This document shows, piece by piece, positions 17,215-26,111 of a DNA stretch of 64,000 nt. The DNA lies in NCBI GenBank assembly GCA_965209205.1, contig CBDBQC010000002.1:193753-257752 (forward strand). The letters are read 5' to 3'. Under the pieces are notes generated by a model that had not been told where the DNA came from, did no database searches, and saw nothing but the letters and a program-made list of their open reading frames with translations. The DNA comes from Dehalococcoidia bacterium (GTDB lineage: Bacteria > Chloroflexota > Dehalococcoidia > Bin125). The translations under genes were made by a program, and so were the position numbers. Numbering within the stretch: position 1 is the first letter of the stretch; every line of letters begins with the position of its first letter.

Positions 17215-18378
17215 TCAGCGGATCGGGATCGGCACGTACGGCATGTTCTTCGCCGGGTCCAGCGGCCGCCGCTCGAGGAACGCCGTGCGCCGCTCCCGGC
17301 ACTCCTCCGACGCCAGGAAGTCGGGGATGTGCTCGGCCACAGGGCTGCGTTCGGGCTTGATGAAGTCGTCGTGCTGGTTGAACGAGATCTTCTGCATCTG
17401 CAGGATCACCGGGCTCACGTTCTTGATCGCCGCGACGAAGCGGTCGACCTCCGCCCACAGTTGATCCGGCTCGACCACGCTGTTCACCAGGCCCATCTCC
17501 AGGGCCTGCTGCCCGCTGTACTGCTGGCACAGCATCCAAATCTCCCGCGCGCGCTTCTGTCCCACGCGCGCCGCCAGCATCGCGACGCCGTGGCCGGCCG
17601 CCGGACTGCCCACCCGCGGCCCCGTCTGCCCGAAGCGGGAGCGCGTCGTGGCGATCGTGAAGTCGCTCTCGTAGGCCAGGATGTTGCCCGACCCGATCGC
17701 GTAGCCGTCGACCGCCGCGATGACGGGCTGCGGCATCTGTCGCAGCACTTGGCTGTAGGTCACGCCCGCCGTGCCGGCGTAGGCCGCGTACTCCTCGCTG
17801 GGGTCGTAGCTCTGATCGTTGCCGGTGCAGAAGCCGTTCGGTCCCGCCCCGGACAGCACGACGGCGCGGATGTCGTTGTCGCCGGCGGCGTCGAGGAGGG
17901 CGTCGGCCATCTCGTCCATCGTGATCCCGCGCTTGGCGTTGAACGTCTCGGGCCGGTTGAGCATCAGCCAGGCGACCCCGTCCCGCTTCTCGAAGACGAT
18001 GTCCGAATACCGCGGCGCGTCCACGACGCTCTCCCGGTAGCCGCTGAACTTCTGGTCGATCATGTCGATGGCCGCGCGCGCGACCTCAAGCAGTTGCGCC
18101 GAGGAGAGGCCCTCGCGCGCGGTCCCGGTGATCGCGTCCTCCCCGCGGATCGCGCTGACGCCGCGCGTCGCCAGCCAGCGGGTGTAGCCGCGCGTGAAGT
18201 CGTGCAGCGCCGCGCACGTCTCGTGGTCGAACGACAGCCGCTGCCCCGTCGCCGGGTTGTCCGCCGTGAGGGAGAACGCGGCCCCCCCGCCGTCCTCCGT
18301 CCCGCCCAGTGACACCTGAAATCGCAGCCCAGCCGTATCGTATGCAACCGTCGTTTGGAATTCGAAGCTCGCGGACAT
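17215..18378 (-). CDS. enoyl-CoA hydratase/isomerase (crotonase) family protein with ~120-aa N-terminal extension
   Basis: ORF 17215..18378 (GGGGAGGG upstream). The crotonase core starts at ..SDIVFEKRDGVAWLMLNRPETFNA.. with a GSG oxyanion region. I do not recognise the N-terminal 120 aa. Confidence 0.8.
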   Translation of the reverse strand: MSASFEFQTTVAYDTAGLRFQVSLGGTEDGGGAAFSLTADNPATGQRLSFDHETCAALHDFTRGYTRWLATRGVSAIRGEDAITGTAREGLSSAQLLEVARAAIDMIDQKFSGYRESVVDAPRYSDIVFEKRDGVAWLMLNRPETFNAKRGITMDEMADALLDAAGDNDIRAVVLSGAGPNGFCTGNDQSYDPSEEYAAYAGTAGVTYSQVLRQMPQPVIAAVDGYAIGSGNILAYESDFTIATTRSRFGQTGPRVGSPAAGHGVAMLAARVGQKRAREIWMLCQQYSGQQALEMGLVNSVVEPDQLWAEVDRFVAAIKNVSPVILQMQKISFNQHDDFIKPERSPVAEHIPDFLASEECRERRTAFLERRPLDPAKNMPYVPIPIR

Positions 18379-18447
18379 GGTTCCCTCCCCGCAGGTTCTC
18401 GATCCTGGATTGACGGGAGTCTAGGGCGTGCCGCGGCCGCGGCGCGC

Positions 18448-18454
18448 TAGCCTG
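18448..18454 (+). promoter_or_regulatory. TAGCCTG motif (candidate -10-like element) upstream of the DUF3179 gene
   Basis: One of six same-orientation TAGCCT(G) hexamers found only in 5' intergenic regions (see finding). Confidence 0.25.
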
Positions 18455-18505
18455 CACTCGGAGCGCCCCGCCCCCCGGCTGCGCGGGTATCGACGGAGAT
18501 GTCTT

Positions 18506-20260
18506 GTGACCTGGTCCCGCACCATGATCGCCGCGCTGCTGGCCGCCGTCGCGCTCGTCGCCCTGCTCGCGGCGGCGTGCGAATCGGAGGATCCGAGTCC
18601 GGCTGACGACGCCCCCGCGCCCCCTGTCGAAGAGCCCGCCGCGTCCGAGGCGACGGACGCCGCCGCCGAGGCCCAGGCCGCCCCCGCCGATGAAGCCGCC
18701 GATGAGGCCCCCGCGGACACCGAAGCGGCGGAAGATGCCGCCGATGAGGCCCCCGCGGCCACCGAAGCGCCCGAAGATGCCGCTGAGGAGGCCCCCCCCG
18801 CCGACGATCCCGCCCCCACCGAGGAACCCGCTGCGGCTGACGTAGAAGAAGATGCGGCCGAGGACGAGCCTGCCCCCACCGATGAAGCCGCCGACGAGGA
18901 ACCCGCTGCCGCTGAGGCGGCCGAAGATGCGGCCGAGGAGGAGCCCGCCCCCGCCGACGATCCCCCTCCCGCCGCCGCCCCCCTCTCCGACGGGTCCATC
19001 GTGCCGCCCGCGCCCGCGGTCCCGGACGGCCCGCTCGACCCCCGGCTCGCGTCTGACCTCGACCGCGTCTTCGGGGCGGAGGGCGTCGATCTCGATGCGC
19101 TGGCGCGGGTGGGCGGGTCGGGGGACGCGCGCGTCGCCTGGCTGCTCTCCGATCTGCTGCGCTTCGTCCAGGTCGGCGAGACATCCGACGCGGCGGTCCT
19201 GGCCTTTGAGCGGCTGACGGGCACCGACGTCCCCCGGGGTTTCGCCTGGCCCCTCGTGACCAACTGGCTGATCGCCTGGGACCTGCCCGCCCCGCCCGAC
19301 TACGTCTCCTGGAAGCGCATCTTCTTCGAGTTCGTCGAGCCGGATTGGATCCCCTTCTTCGACGACGCCGACGCGGACATCGACTGGCGCTTGCTGAGCT
19401 GGGGCGGCGTCTTCATGGACGACCGCCAGCCCCACCAAGTGAACTCCCCCTGTATACGGGGGTGCATCCCCGCGATCAACGACCCCGCCGTCACGGACGC
19501 GGCGGGCGGGGACTGGTACCCCGATGAACGGCTGGTCTTCGGCGTCGTGGTCAACGGCGAGGCCCGCGCCTACCCGAAGAACATCATGGAAATCCACGAG
19601 ATGGTGAACGACACCGTCGGCGGCAGGCGCATCGGCATGCCCTATTGCACGCTGTGCGGCTCGGCCCAGGCCTACTTCACCGACCGCCCGCCGCCCGGCT
19701 TCCGGAACATCGAGTTGCGCACCTCCGGCCTGCTCTCCCGGTCGAACAAGGTGATGTTCGACTACAACACGAAGTCCGTCTTCGACACGTTCCGCGGCAT
19801 CGCCGTCTCAGGCCCGCTGCAGGATGAGGACTACGTCCTGGAGATGCTCACGGTCGTGACGAGCACCTGGGGTGAGTGGAAGGCCGCGTACCCGGGCACC
19901 ACCATCGTCGCCGCCGATGGCGGACTCGGGCGCTTCTACCCGTTCGATCCGCTGGGCGGCCGCGACGACGACGGCCCCATCTTCCCGGTCGGCCGGGTCG
20001 ACATCCGGCTGCCGGTGCAGGAGCAGGTGCTCGGCATCGAGACGCCCGACGGCCAGCACGTCGCCTTCCCGGTCGGCCAGGCGCGCGCCGCGCTCGAGGA
20101 CGGGGCCGACGTGATGCTGGCCGGCATCCGCGTCCTGATGGACGCGGGCGGGCTGCGCGCGGAACTGGCGGACGGGACCCCCGTCGCCAGCCATCAGGCG
20201 TTCTGGTTCGCCTGGAGCCAGTTCCACCCCGATACGTTCGTCTGGACGCCGCTCTCGTAG
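18506..20260 (+). CDS. DUF3179-family lipoprotein with acidic Ala/Pro/Glu/Asp tether
   Basis: ORF 18428..20260. GTG 18506 is preferred (GGAGA 6 nt upstream; alternative ATG at 18524). It has a signal peptide plus lipobox LLAAAC and a linker of about 150 aa. The C-terminal domain carries the PYCTLCGS motif that I associate with DUF3179. Confidence 0.75.
   Translation: MTWSRTMIAALLAAVALVALLAAACESEDPSPADDAPAPPVEEPAASEATDAAAEAQAAPADEAADEAPADTEAAEDAADEAPAATEAPEDAAEEAPPADDPAPTEEPAAADVEEDAAEDEPAPTDEAADEEPAAAEAAEDAAEEEPAPADDPPPAAAPLSDGSIVPPAPAVPDGPLDPRLASDLDRVFGAEGVDLDALARVGGSGDARVAWLLSDLLRFVQVGETSDAAVLAFERLTGTDVPRGFAWPLVTNWLIAWDLPAPPDYVSWKRIFFEFVEPDWIPFFDDADADIDWRLLSWGGVFMDDRQPHQVNSPCIRGCIPAINDPAVTDAAGGDWYPDERLVFGVVVNGEARAYPKNIMEIHEMVNDTVGGRRIGMPYCTLCGSAQAYFTDRPPPGFRNIELRTSGLLSRSNKVMFDYNTKSVFDTFRGIAVSGPLQDEDYVLEMLTVVTSTWGEWKAAYPGTTIVAADGGLGRFYPFDPLGGRDDDGPIFPVGRVDIRLPVQEQVLGIETPDGQHVAFPVGQARAALEDGADVMLAGIRVLMDAGGLRAELADGTPVASHQAFWFAWSQFHPDTFVWTPLS
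18695..18778 (+). repeat. 42-bp tandem repeat x2 (14-aa unit AADEAPA-TEA-ED) inside the lipoprotein tether
   Basis: gccgccgatgaggcccccgcggacaccgaagcggcggaagat (18695-18736) is followed by a near-identical copy (18737-18778). Degenerate units continue downstream. Confidence 0.85.
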
Positions 20261-20268
20261 CGAGGCCG

Positions 20269-21108
20269 CTATTCGGAGTCCTTCACGGGGATGGCGTCGC
20301 CCTCCGGCCGCGGGTGGTTCGCCCAGTGGCCGCTCGGCTCCACGCCCCGGCACACGATCGAGTGCTGGTTCCACCCCAGCGACGCCCGCACGTCCGATGA
20401 GAGGAAGCGCATCGCCAAGCCGCAGCGTCGCCGGTTCGACTCGTTGGGCTCCGAGCCGTGCAGGATCCAGTCGCTGTGTAGCGAGATCTGCCCGGCCCGC
20501 AACTCCAGCGCCACCGGCGCGTCGCCGTACGCTTCCGGATTGGCGACGGTCTGGTTGAGTACGTTGTTCTCCTCGGCCGTGCTGTCGGCGAACCCGATCT
20601 GCGCGTTGCGGTGCGACCCCGGGATCACCTGCATCGCCGCGTTCTCGACGTCCACGTCGTCGATCGCCAGCCACGCCGACACGACCTTGCTCGGCGAAAG
20701 CGGCCAGTACGACGCGTCCTGGTGCCAGCTCACCCGCTTGCCGTCGCCGGGCAGCTTGGCGAAGAAGTGGCTGTGCCGCAGGATCACCGTCTCGCCCAGC
20801 AGGTCCTGGATGTGGTCGAGGATCCGGCTCTCCGTGACGATGTCCCACACGCCGCGGCAGTGCTTGTGCCAGTTCGTCATCTCGTAGCTGTTCCAGCCCG
20901 CCGCCAGGGCCGACTCCAGCAGGCCGTCGAAGTAGCGCCGGATCTCCGCGATCTCCGCCGCGGAGAAGATGTCGATCGGGTAGACGTACCCCTTCTCGTT
21001 GTAGTGCGCGATCTGCTCCCGCGAGAGCGTGCGCGGGTCGTCGACACCCAGGGGGAAGAATCGCAACTCCCGGTCGAGGCCGGGATAAGCATCGGTGTGC
21101 AGCGTCAT
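20269..21108 (-). CDS. phytanoyl-CoA dioxygenase (PhyH) family oxygenase
   Basis: C-terminal 279 codons of the artefactual ORF 20269..23010, from ATG 21108. Contains WHQDASYW...VIPGSHR...LHGSEPN motifs. The start shares 1 nt with the upstream stop (TGATG). Confidence 0.85.
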   Translation of the reverse strand: MTLHTDAYPGLDRELRFFPLGVDDPRTLSREQIAHYNEKGYVYPIDIFSAAEIAEIRRYFDGLLESALAAGWNSYEMTNWHKHCRGVWDIVTESRILDHIQDLLGETVILRHSHFFAKLPGDGKRVSWHQDASYWPLSPSKVVSAWLAIDDVDVENAAMQVIPGSHRNAQIGFADSTAEENNVLNQTVANPEAYGDAPVALELRAGQISLHSDWILHGSEPNESNRRRCGLAMRFLSSDVRASLGWNQHSIVCRGVEPSGHWANHPRPEGDAIPVKDSE

Positions 21109-21923
21109 CAGGACTCCTCCAGTTGCTCCCGCACGAGCGCCAGCAAGCGATCGTGCTCCGGATTGCCGACCTCGGGGAGGCGCGCCGCGCAGACGACCGT
21201 CCGCCAGTCGCGCCGCTCCTGCGGGTCCGGCTGCGCCAGTTGCCGATAGCGGGCCGCGTAGACCTCGGTGAAGTACCGGCGCGCTCGCCCCAGCACCGCG
21301 ATCTTCCATCGGTTCATGTAGTCGGGCAATGTGCCCGCGGCGAAGAGCACGGTGGTGCGACCGAAGTCCGCGACCGGGTTGCCCGCCTGCGCCTGGATCC
21401 AGTCGATGATCACAGGACCGCGCGGCGTCATGATGACGTTGTCGGGGTGGAAGTCCCAGTGGCAGAGGCGGTCCCCCGCGGGCAGGCGGTCCAACAGGTC
21501 GCGCACGGCCGCGCGCTCGCGGTCGCTCAGCGCCACGCCCCGCTCGATGTCGTGCCGCAGCTCCCGCTTCTGATCGCGCAGCCCCTCCGCGGGCAGTTGG
21601 TGCAGGTCCCACTGCAGCTCCGCCAGCAGCCGGGAGTAGCCGCGCGCGCGCCAGGGCTTGCGCACCATCAACGCCAGCATCGACTCCCCCTCGACCCGCT
21701 CCATCACGATCCCCGGCCGCCCCTCCACCTCCTCCAATCCAAAGACCTCCGGGACCGGCGCTCCCCGCTCCCGCGCCAGCCGCGTCGCGGCGTACTCCTC
21801 CTCCGCGTCCTTGGCCCAGTCGGGGCGGAACAGCTTCAGCGCGCGCCCGCGCTCCCAGGCGTAGATCACCGCCGTGTGGCCGGAACCGATCGGCGCCCCC
21901 AGGTCCGCCAGTGATCGTCCCAT
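21108..21923 (-). CDS. phosphotransferase (APH / choline-kinase-like) family protein
   Basis: ORF 21108..21929. ATG 21923 is preferred (GGAGAGG upstream). Contains the catalytic-loop-like CHWDFHPDNVIM and IIDW. Confidence 0.8.
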   Translation of the reverse strand: MGRSLADLGAPIGSGHTAVIYAWERGRALKLFRPDWAKDAEEEYAATRLARERGAPVPEVFGLEEVEGRPGIVMERVEGESMLALMVRKPWRARGYSRLLAELQWDLHQLPAEGLRDQKRELRHDIERGVALSDRERAAVRDLLDRLPAGDRLCHWDFHPDNVIMTPRGPVIIDWIQAQAGNPVADFGRTTVLFAAGTLPDYMNRWKIAVLGRARRYFTEVYAARYRQLAQPDPQERRDWRTVVCAARLPEVGNPEHDRLLALVREQLEES

Positions 21924-21986
21924 GCTCACCTCTCCGCGCGGCCCATGCGCAGGGCCAGCCTACCCCCGCGACCGACCTGCCGGGAG

Positions 21987-23285
21987 TCAGCGCCGGCAGG
22001 GACGTTCCGGCGCCAGCAGTTGCAGCGGCGCGATCGTCCGGAACGCCGGGGAGAGCGTCCGCTCCACCAGGCAGATCCCCTCCCGCGCGGCCCACGCCGT
22101 GGCCACGATGTGCGCGCCGTGCTGGTTCTGCTCGATCACCATCCGGCCGGCCAGCAGCTCCAGCGTCTCCAGTAGGACGCCGTGCTCGCCGCGGAACTCC
22201 TCCGGCGGCTGCAACACGCGCAGGGCCGTCTGGGCGCGGCGCAGATCGGCGAAGCGCGCCTCGAGCCGGGCCTCGGCCAGGGCGCGGTCCTCCTCCGGGG
22301 TCATGGACGCCAGCGGGGGCGGTCCGTCCCCCGGCAGCCGCGGCGCCGCGAGTTCCCGGATCACGGCGTTGACCGACGCGCCGTATGCGCCGCCCGGGAT
22401 GGTCGCCGGCTGCCAGCAGAACGGCAGCGGGCCCACGAAGGCTGTGCAGGCGGCCTCGCTCAGCCGGGCGGCGCGGATTCGCTCCAAGCGCTGCAACTCC
22501 ACTCCGGCCAGCAGGAAGGCGTGCCGGTCTCGCCCCTCCCCGGTCCGCGGGCCGATGGCACTGAGATCGATGGCCGTGGTGTAGTAGTCCCGCAGGACGG
22601 CGTGATCGGCCGCGAAGGCGTCCGGCGGCGTGACTGCCGCGAGCACGTCGAGCCCGTCCCGCAGCGCGGTGCGGATGTGCGACAGGGGCCGCGCGAAGAC
22701 GCGGTCGTCTTGCCTGGCCCAGTGCCAGCGGCCGGGGCCGGGGTAACGCAGGCCCTCGGCGAAGATCGACTCCAGTTGACCACGCACCCCCCACGAGACG
22801 TCCCGCACGGTCTGCAGGTACTGCGCCTCGGCCTCGGCGGCCGTGGCGGCCGACGGCGGGGCCGTCCGGTCGGCCGGGGCGGTGGCGGTCGTCTGGTTCT
22901 GCGACGCCGTGTCCGGCTGCGCCTCCGCCGCCGAGGCGGCGACGCCGGCGGGCCCCCCCTCGGGAGCGACTGCGGACACCACGATCAGCGCCGCCACGAC
23001 CACCCCGCACGCGGCGGCCGCGCCCACCACGACGCGCCGCCGCATCACCCGCCGGATGCCCGCTCCCGGAACCGGTTCCAGCGCATCGAGCCGCTCAGGC
23101 GCGGCGTCGTCCCGCGCGGCCGGCCGCCGCGCCCGCGGTCGGGGGCCCGCAGCCACGGCGGCGCCGGACTCGCGCAGCGCCTGGAAGCTGCGCGGGTCGG
23201 CGGGATTCCAGAGGTAGTCGCTGCTCGGCGGCGGCGCGGCGTCGTTCCCGCGCCGGCGGCGACGCAGCTCGCGCACGAACCTCAC
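21987..23285 (-). CDS. hypothetical single-pass membrane protein
   Basis: ORF 21987..23285. The GTG start follows AAGGA that overlaps the upstream stop. It has an Arg-rich N-tail, one TM segment (VVVGAAAACGVVVAALIVVSAV), a Thr/Ala/Pro spacer, then a domain with two PP(D/E)xF..(D/E)HxVL repeats. No family recognised. Confidence 0.55.
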   Translation of the reverse strand: MRFVRELRRRRRGNDAAPPPSSDYLWNPADPRSFQALRESGAAVAAGPRPRARRPAARDDAAPERLDALEPVPGAGIRRVMRRRVVVGAAAACGVVVAALIVVSAVAPEGGPAGVAASAAEAQPDTASQNQTTATAPADRTAPPSAATAAEAEAQYLQTVRDVSWGVRGQLESIFAEGLRYPGPGRWHWARQDDRVFARPLSHIRTALRDGLDVLAAVTPPDAFAADHAVLRDYYTTAIDLSAIGPRTGEGRDRHAFLLAGVELQRLERIRAARLSEAACTAFVGPLPFCWQPATIPGGAYGASVNAVIRELAAPRLPGDGPPPLASMTPEEDRALAEARLEARFADLRRAQTALRVLQPPEEFRGEHGVLLETLELLAGRMVIEQNQHGAHIVATAWAAREGICLVERTLSPAFRTIAPLQLLAPERPCRR

Positions 23286-23294
23286 ACGCTGTCC

Positions 23295-24382
23295 TTACGG
23301 CAGGATGATACTCCGCGCGACCTCGCCCGAGAGCATGTCCTCGAAGGCCTCGTTGATCTCGTCGAGCGGCCGGAAGCGCGAGTACAACTCGTCCAGCTTC
23401 AGCCGCCCCTGCTGGTACAACTCGATGAACCAGGGGAAGTCGACCCGCGGGCTGGCGCTGCCGGACGAGGAGCCGATCAACCGCCGGTCGAGGAACAGCG
23501 GCACCATCGGGATCGACACCTCGCCGCCGGTCGGCGGCACGCCCACGGCGCAGGCCGTGCCGCCCGGCCGCGTCGCCTCGAATGCCTGGCGGACGGTCGG
23601 CGCCCTGCCGATCACCTCGAAGGCGTACTCCACGCCGCCGCCGGTCAACTCCCGCACCGCCTCCACGGGGTCGACCTCCGAGGCGTTGATCGTGTCCGTC
23701 GCCCCGAACTGCGTCGCGAACTCCAGCTTGCGAGGCACCAGGTCGATCGCGATGATCCGGCTCGCCCCGGCGATCACGGCCCCCTGCACCACGTTCAGCC
23801 CCACGCCGCCGCAGCCCCAGACCGCCACCGTCGCCCCGCGCGCACTTGGGCGGTCCGCACCACCGCCCCCACCCCCGTCGTCACCGCGCAGCCCAGCGAC
23901 GCCAGACGCTCGATGGGCACCGTGTCCGTCACTTTGACGAGTTCCCACTCCGGAACGACCGTGTACTGCGAGAAGGTCGACGCCCCGTGCTGCAACGGCT
24001 CGCCGTCGAGCGTGTGAAAGCGAGTCTTGCCGTCCATCCGCCGCCCCGGCGGCGCGGTGATGCCGTTGCAGAGGTTGGGGCGACCGCTGCTGCAGTACTC
24101 GCACCAGCCGCACATCGGCCGGATCGCGAACACCACGTGGTCGCCGGGCTCGAACCCGCTCACGCCCGGCCCCAGCTCCTCCACGACCCCCGCTCCCTCG
24201 TGGCCCATCACAAAGGACCCCGGCACCGCGAGGTGCCCGTCCACGGCGTGATAGTCGCTGTGGCAGGCGCCCGTCGCCGCGACGCGGACCAGCAGCTCGC
24301 GGTGGTGCGGCGGGTCGAGCTCCACCTCCTCCACACGGATCGGTTCGTGCGCGGCGTAGAAGATCGCGGACTTGGTGCGCAT
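23295..24382 (-). pseudogene. zinc-dependent alcohol dehydrogenase (MDR), disrupted by a 1-nt frameshift
   Basis: The N-terminal part lies in ORF 23795..24694 (from ATG 24382, GGGAGGA upstream) and the C-terminal part in ORF 23295..24113. The frames switch within gtgcgcgcggggcgacggtgg (about 23835-23850). Adding one G to the GGGG run restores ..VRAGATVAVWGCGGVGL.., matching the intact paralogues. The length of 1088 nt is one short of a multiple of 3. Confidence 0.8.
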
Positions 24383-24406
24383 GGCTTTCCTCCCGGTTGC
24401 GGGCGG

Positions 24407-24413
24407 CAGGCTA
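24407..24413 (-). promoter_or_regulatory. TAGCCTG motif, 24 nt upstream of the ADH start
   Basis: caggcta on the + strand; same orientation as the downstream gene. Confidence 0.25.
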
Positions 24414-24563
24414 CCCGACGCCGGGGACGGGCCGCAAACACCGGGCGGTGGGGCGACGGGCGCCGCCGCCGACCCGTGGGCTAGACTCGACCGGCCGGCG
24501 CCCGCGTCCCGGATCGGGCCCGGCCGGCGCGCCGTCATCACGGACGGCGCATGGGAGGCCGAT

Positions 24564-25652
24564 GTGCGGATCACGAACGTCACGGTGGAGATCGCGAACT
24601 GGACGGTCGAGCCCTGGCAGATTGGCGCCGGCAGGTTCTTGGGCGGGAACGAGCAACTCGGCGTCGTCACAGTCTCGACCGACGAGGGGATCAACGGGCA
24701 CGCCTTCCTCAGCCGGCCCCAGCACCACGCGAGCGGCCTGATCGCCTACGCCAAGCCCACGGTCATGGGCCGTGACCCCCAGGACATCGGCGCGATCTGG
24801 CGCGACCTCTGGAAGCTGGAGCACTCGCTTCACACCTACGCCATGGGCGCCATCGACATCTGCCTGTGGGACATCAACGGCAAGATCGCCGGCCAGCCCA
24901 TCCACCGCCTGCTGGGCACCTGCAAGGAGTCGGCGCCGGTCTACTCCAGCACGGCCTACTGGGAGACCCCCGAGGAGTACGCGGAGGAGGCGCTGCGCTT
25001 CCGCGACGCCGGCTGGACCGCCCACAAGATCCACCCCCACACCGAGCCGCGCGCCGATGTCGAGATCTGCCGCGCCGTGCGGGAGGCCGTCGGCGACGAC
25101 ATGATCCTCATGCTCGACTCGATGTGGGCCTACCAGTACGAGGACGCGCTGCGCGTCGGCCGCGCCATCGAGGAGCTGGACTTCTACTGGTACGAGGATC
25201 CGCTCGTCGCGCAGGACATCTACAACTACGTCAAGCTGCATCAGAAGCTCGACATCCCCATCATGTCCACCGAGGCCGCCCCCGGCGGCTTCTACGGCAT
25301 GGCGCAGTGGATCACGCAGCAGGCCACCGACTACCTGCGCGGCGACGTCGCGGTGACCGGCGGCATCACGCCCACCGTGCGGCTCTGCCACCTGGCCGAG
25401 GGCTTCAACATGAAGTGCGAGATCCACCACGGCGGCAACTCGCTCAACAACGTCGCCAACCTGCACGTCACGATGGCCGTGCCCAACTGCGAGTTCTTCG
25501 AGTTCTTCCCCAGCACCGGCGACATGCAGTACGGCCTCGTCGAGGAGATCGACATGACCGGCGGCGTCGTGCACGCCCCCACCGAGCCCGGCCTCGGCTA
25601 CGCGATCGACTGGGACCGGATCCGGCGCGAGCACGTCGCGACCCTCGAGTAG
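24564..25652 (+). CDS. enolase superfamily enzyme (mandelate racemase / muconate lactonizing family)
   Basis: ORF 24372..25652 trimmed to GTG 24564 (GGGAGG 5 nt upstream). Contains AIDICLWDINGK, an LMLDSMW..YWYEDP metal-ligand pattern, and a TIM-barrel C-terminal half. Confidence 0.85.
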   Translation: MRITNVTVEIANWTVEPWQIGAGRFLGGNEQLGVVTVSTDEGINGHAFLSRPQHHASGLIAYAKPTVMGRDPQDIGAIWRDLWKLEHSLHTYAMGAIDICLWDINGKIAGQPIHRLLGTCKESAPVYSSTAYWETPEEYAEEALRFRDAGWTAHKIHPHTEPRADVEICRAVREAVGDDMILMLDSMWAYQYEDALRVGRAIEELDFYWYEDPLVAQDIYNYVKLHQKLDIPIMSTEAAPGGFYGMAQWITQQATDYLRGDVAVTGGITPTVRLCHLAEGFNMKCEIHHGGNSLNNVANLHVTMAVPNCEFFEFFPSTGDMQYGLVEEIDMTGGVVHAPTEPGLGYAIDWDRIRREHVATLE

Positions 25653-25693
25653 CCGGCGGCCTCTGCGCCGCGGCCTGGAGAGTGCAGCGACCC

Positions 25694-26077
25694 ATGATCT
25701 CGACCGAAGACCGGCTCGCGATCCTCGATCTCTGCGCGCGCTACAACTACGCGATCGATACCGGCGCCTCGGAGGCCTGGGCCGGCACGTTCACGGCCGA
25801 CGGCGTCTTCGACGGCCCCGCCGGCCACGCCGAAGGCCGCGACGCGCTCGTCGCCTTCTGCGATCAGCTCGCCAAGGACTTCCCCGGCGCGATGCACTTC
25901 ACCGACAACCACCTCTTCGAGCGGGCCGGCGACGGCGTCCGCCACCGCTGCTTCCTCAGCTTCCAGGTCCCCGTCGAGGGCCGGACCGACATCTGGCTCC
26001 TGGCCTACGAGGACGACCTCGTCAGCGTGGACGGCGAGTGGCGCTTTCGCAGTCGCCGGGTCGCGCCGCTGCGCTAG
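25694..26077 (+). CDS. SnoaL-like / NTF2-fold protein
   Basis: C-terminal 127 codons of ORF 24866..26077 from ATG 25694 (MISTEDRLAILDLCARYNYAIDTG...). Typical SnoaL_4-type N-terminus. Confidence 0.7.
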   Translation: MISTEDRLAILDLCARYNYAIDTGASEAWAGTFTADGVFDGPAGHAEGRDALVAFCDQLAKDFPGAMHFTDNHLFERAGDGVRHRCFLSFQVPVEGRTDIWLLAYEDDLVSVDGEWRFRSRRVAPLR

Positions 26078-26111
26078 CATGCGGGTCGGATCCCCGGGAA
26101 GGGAGCGCGGC

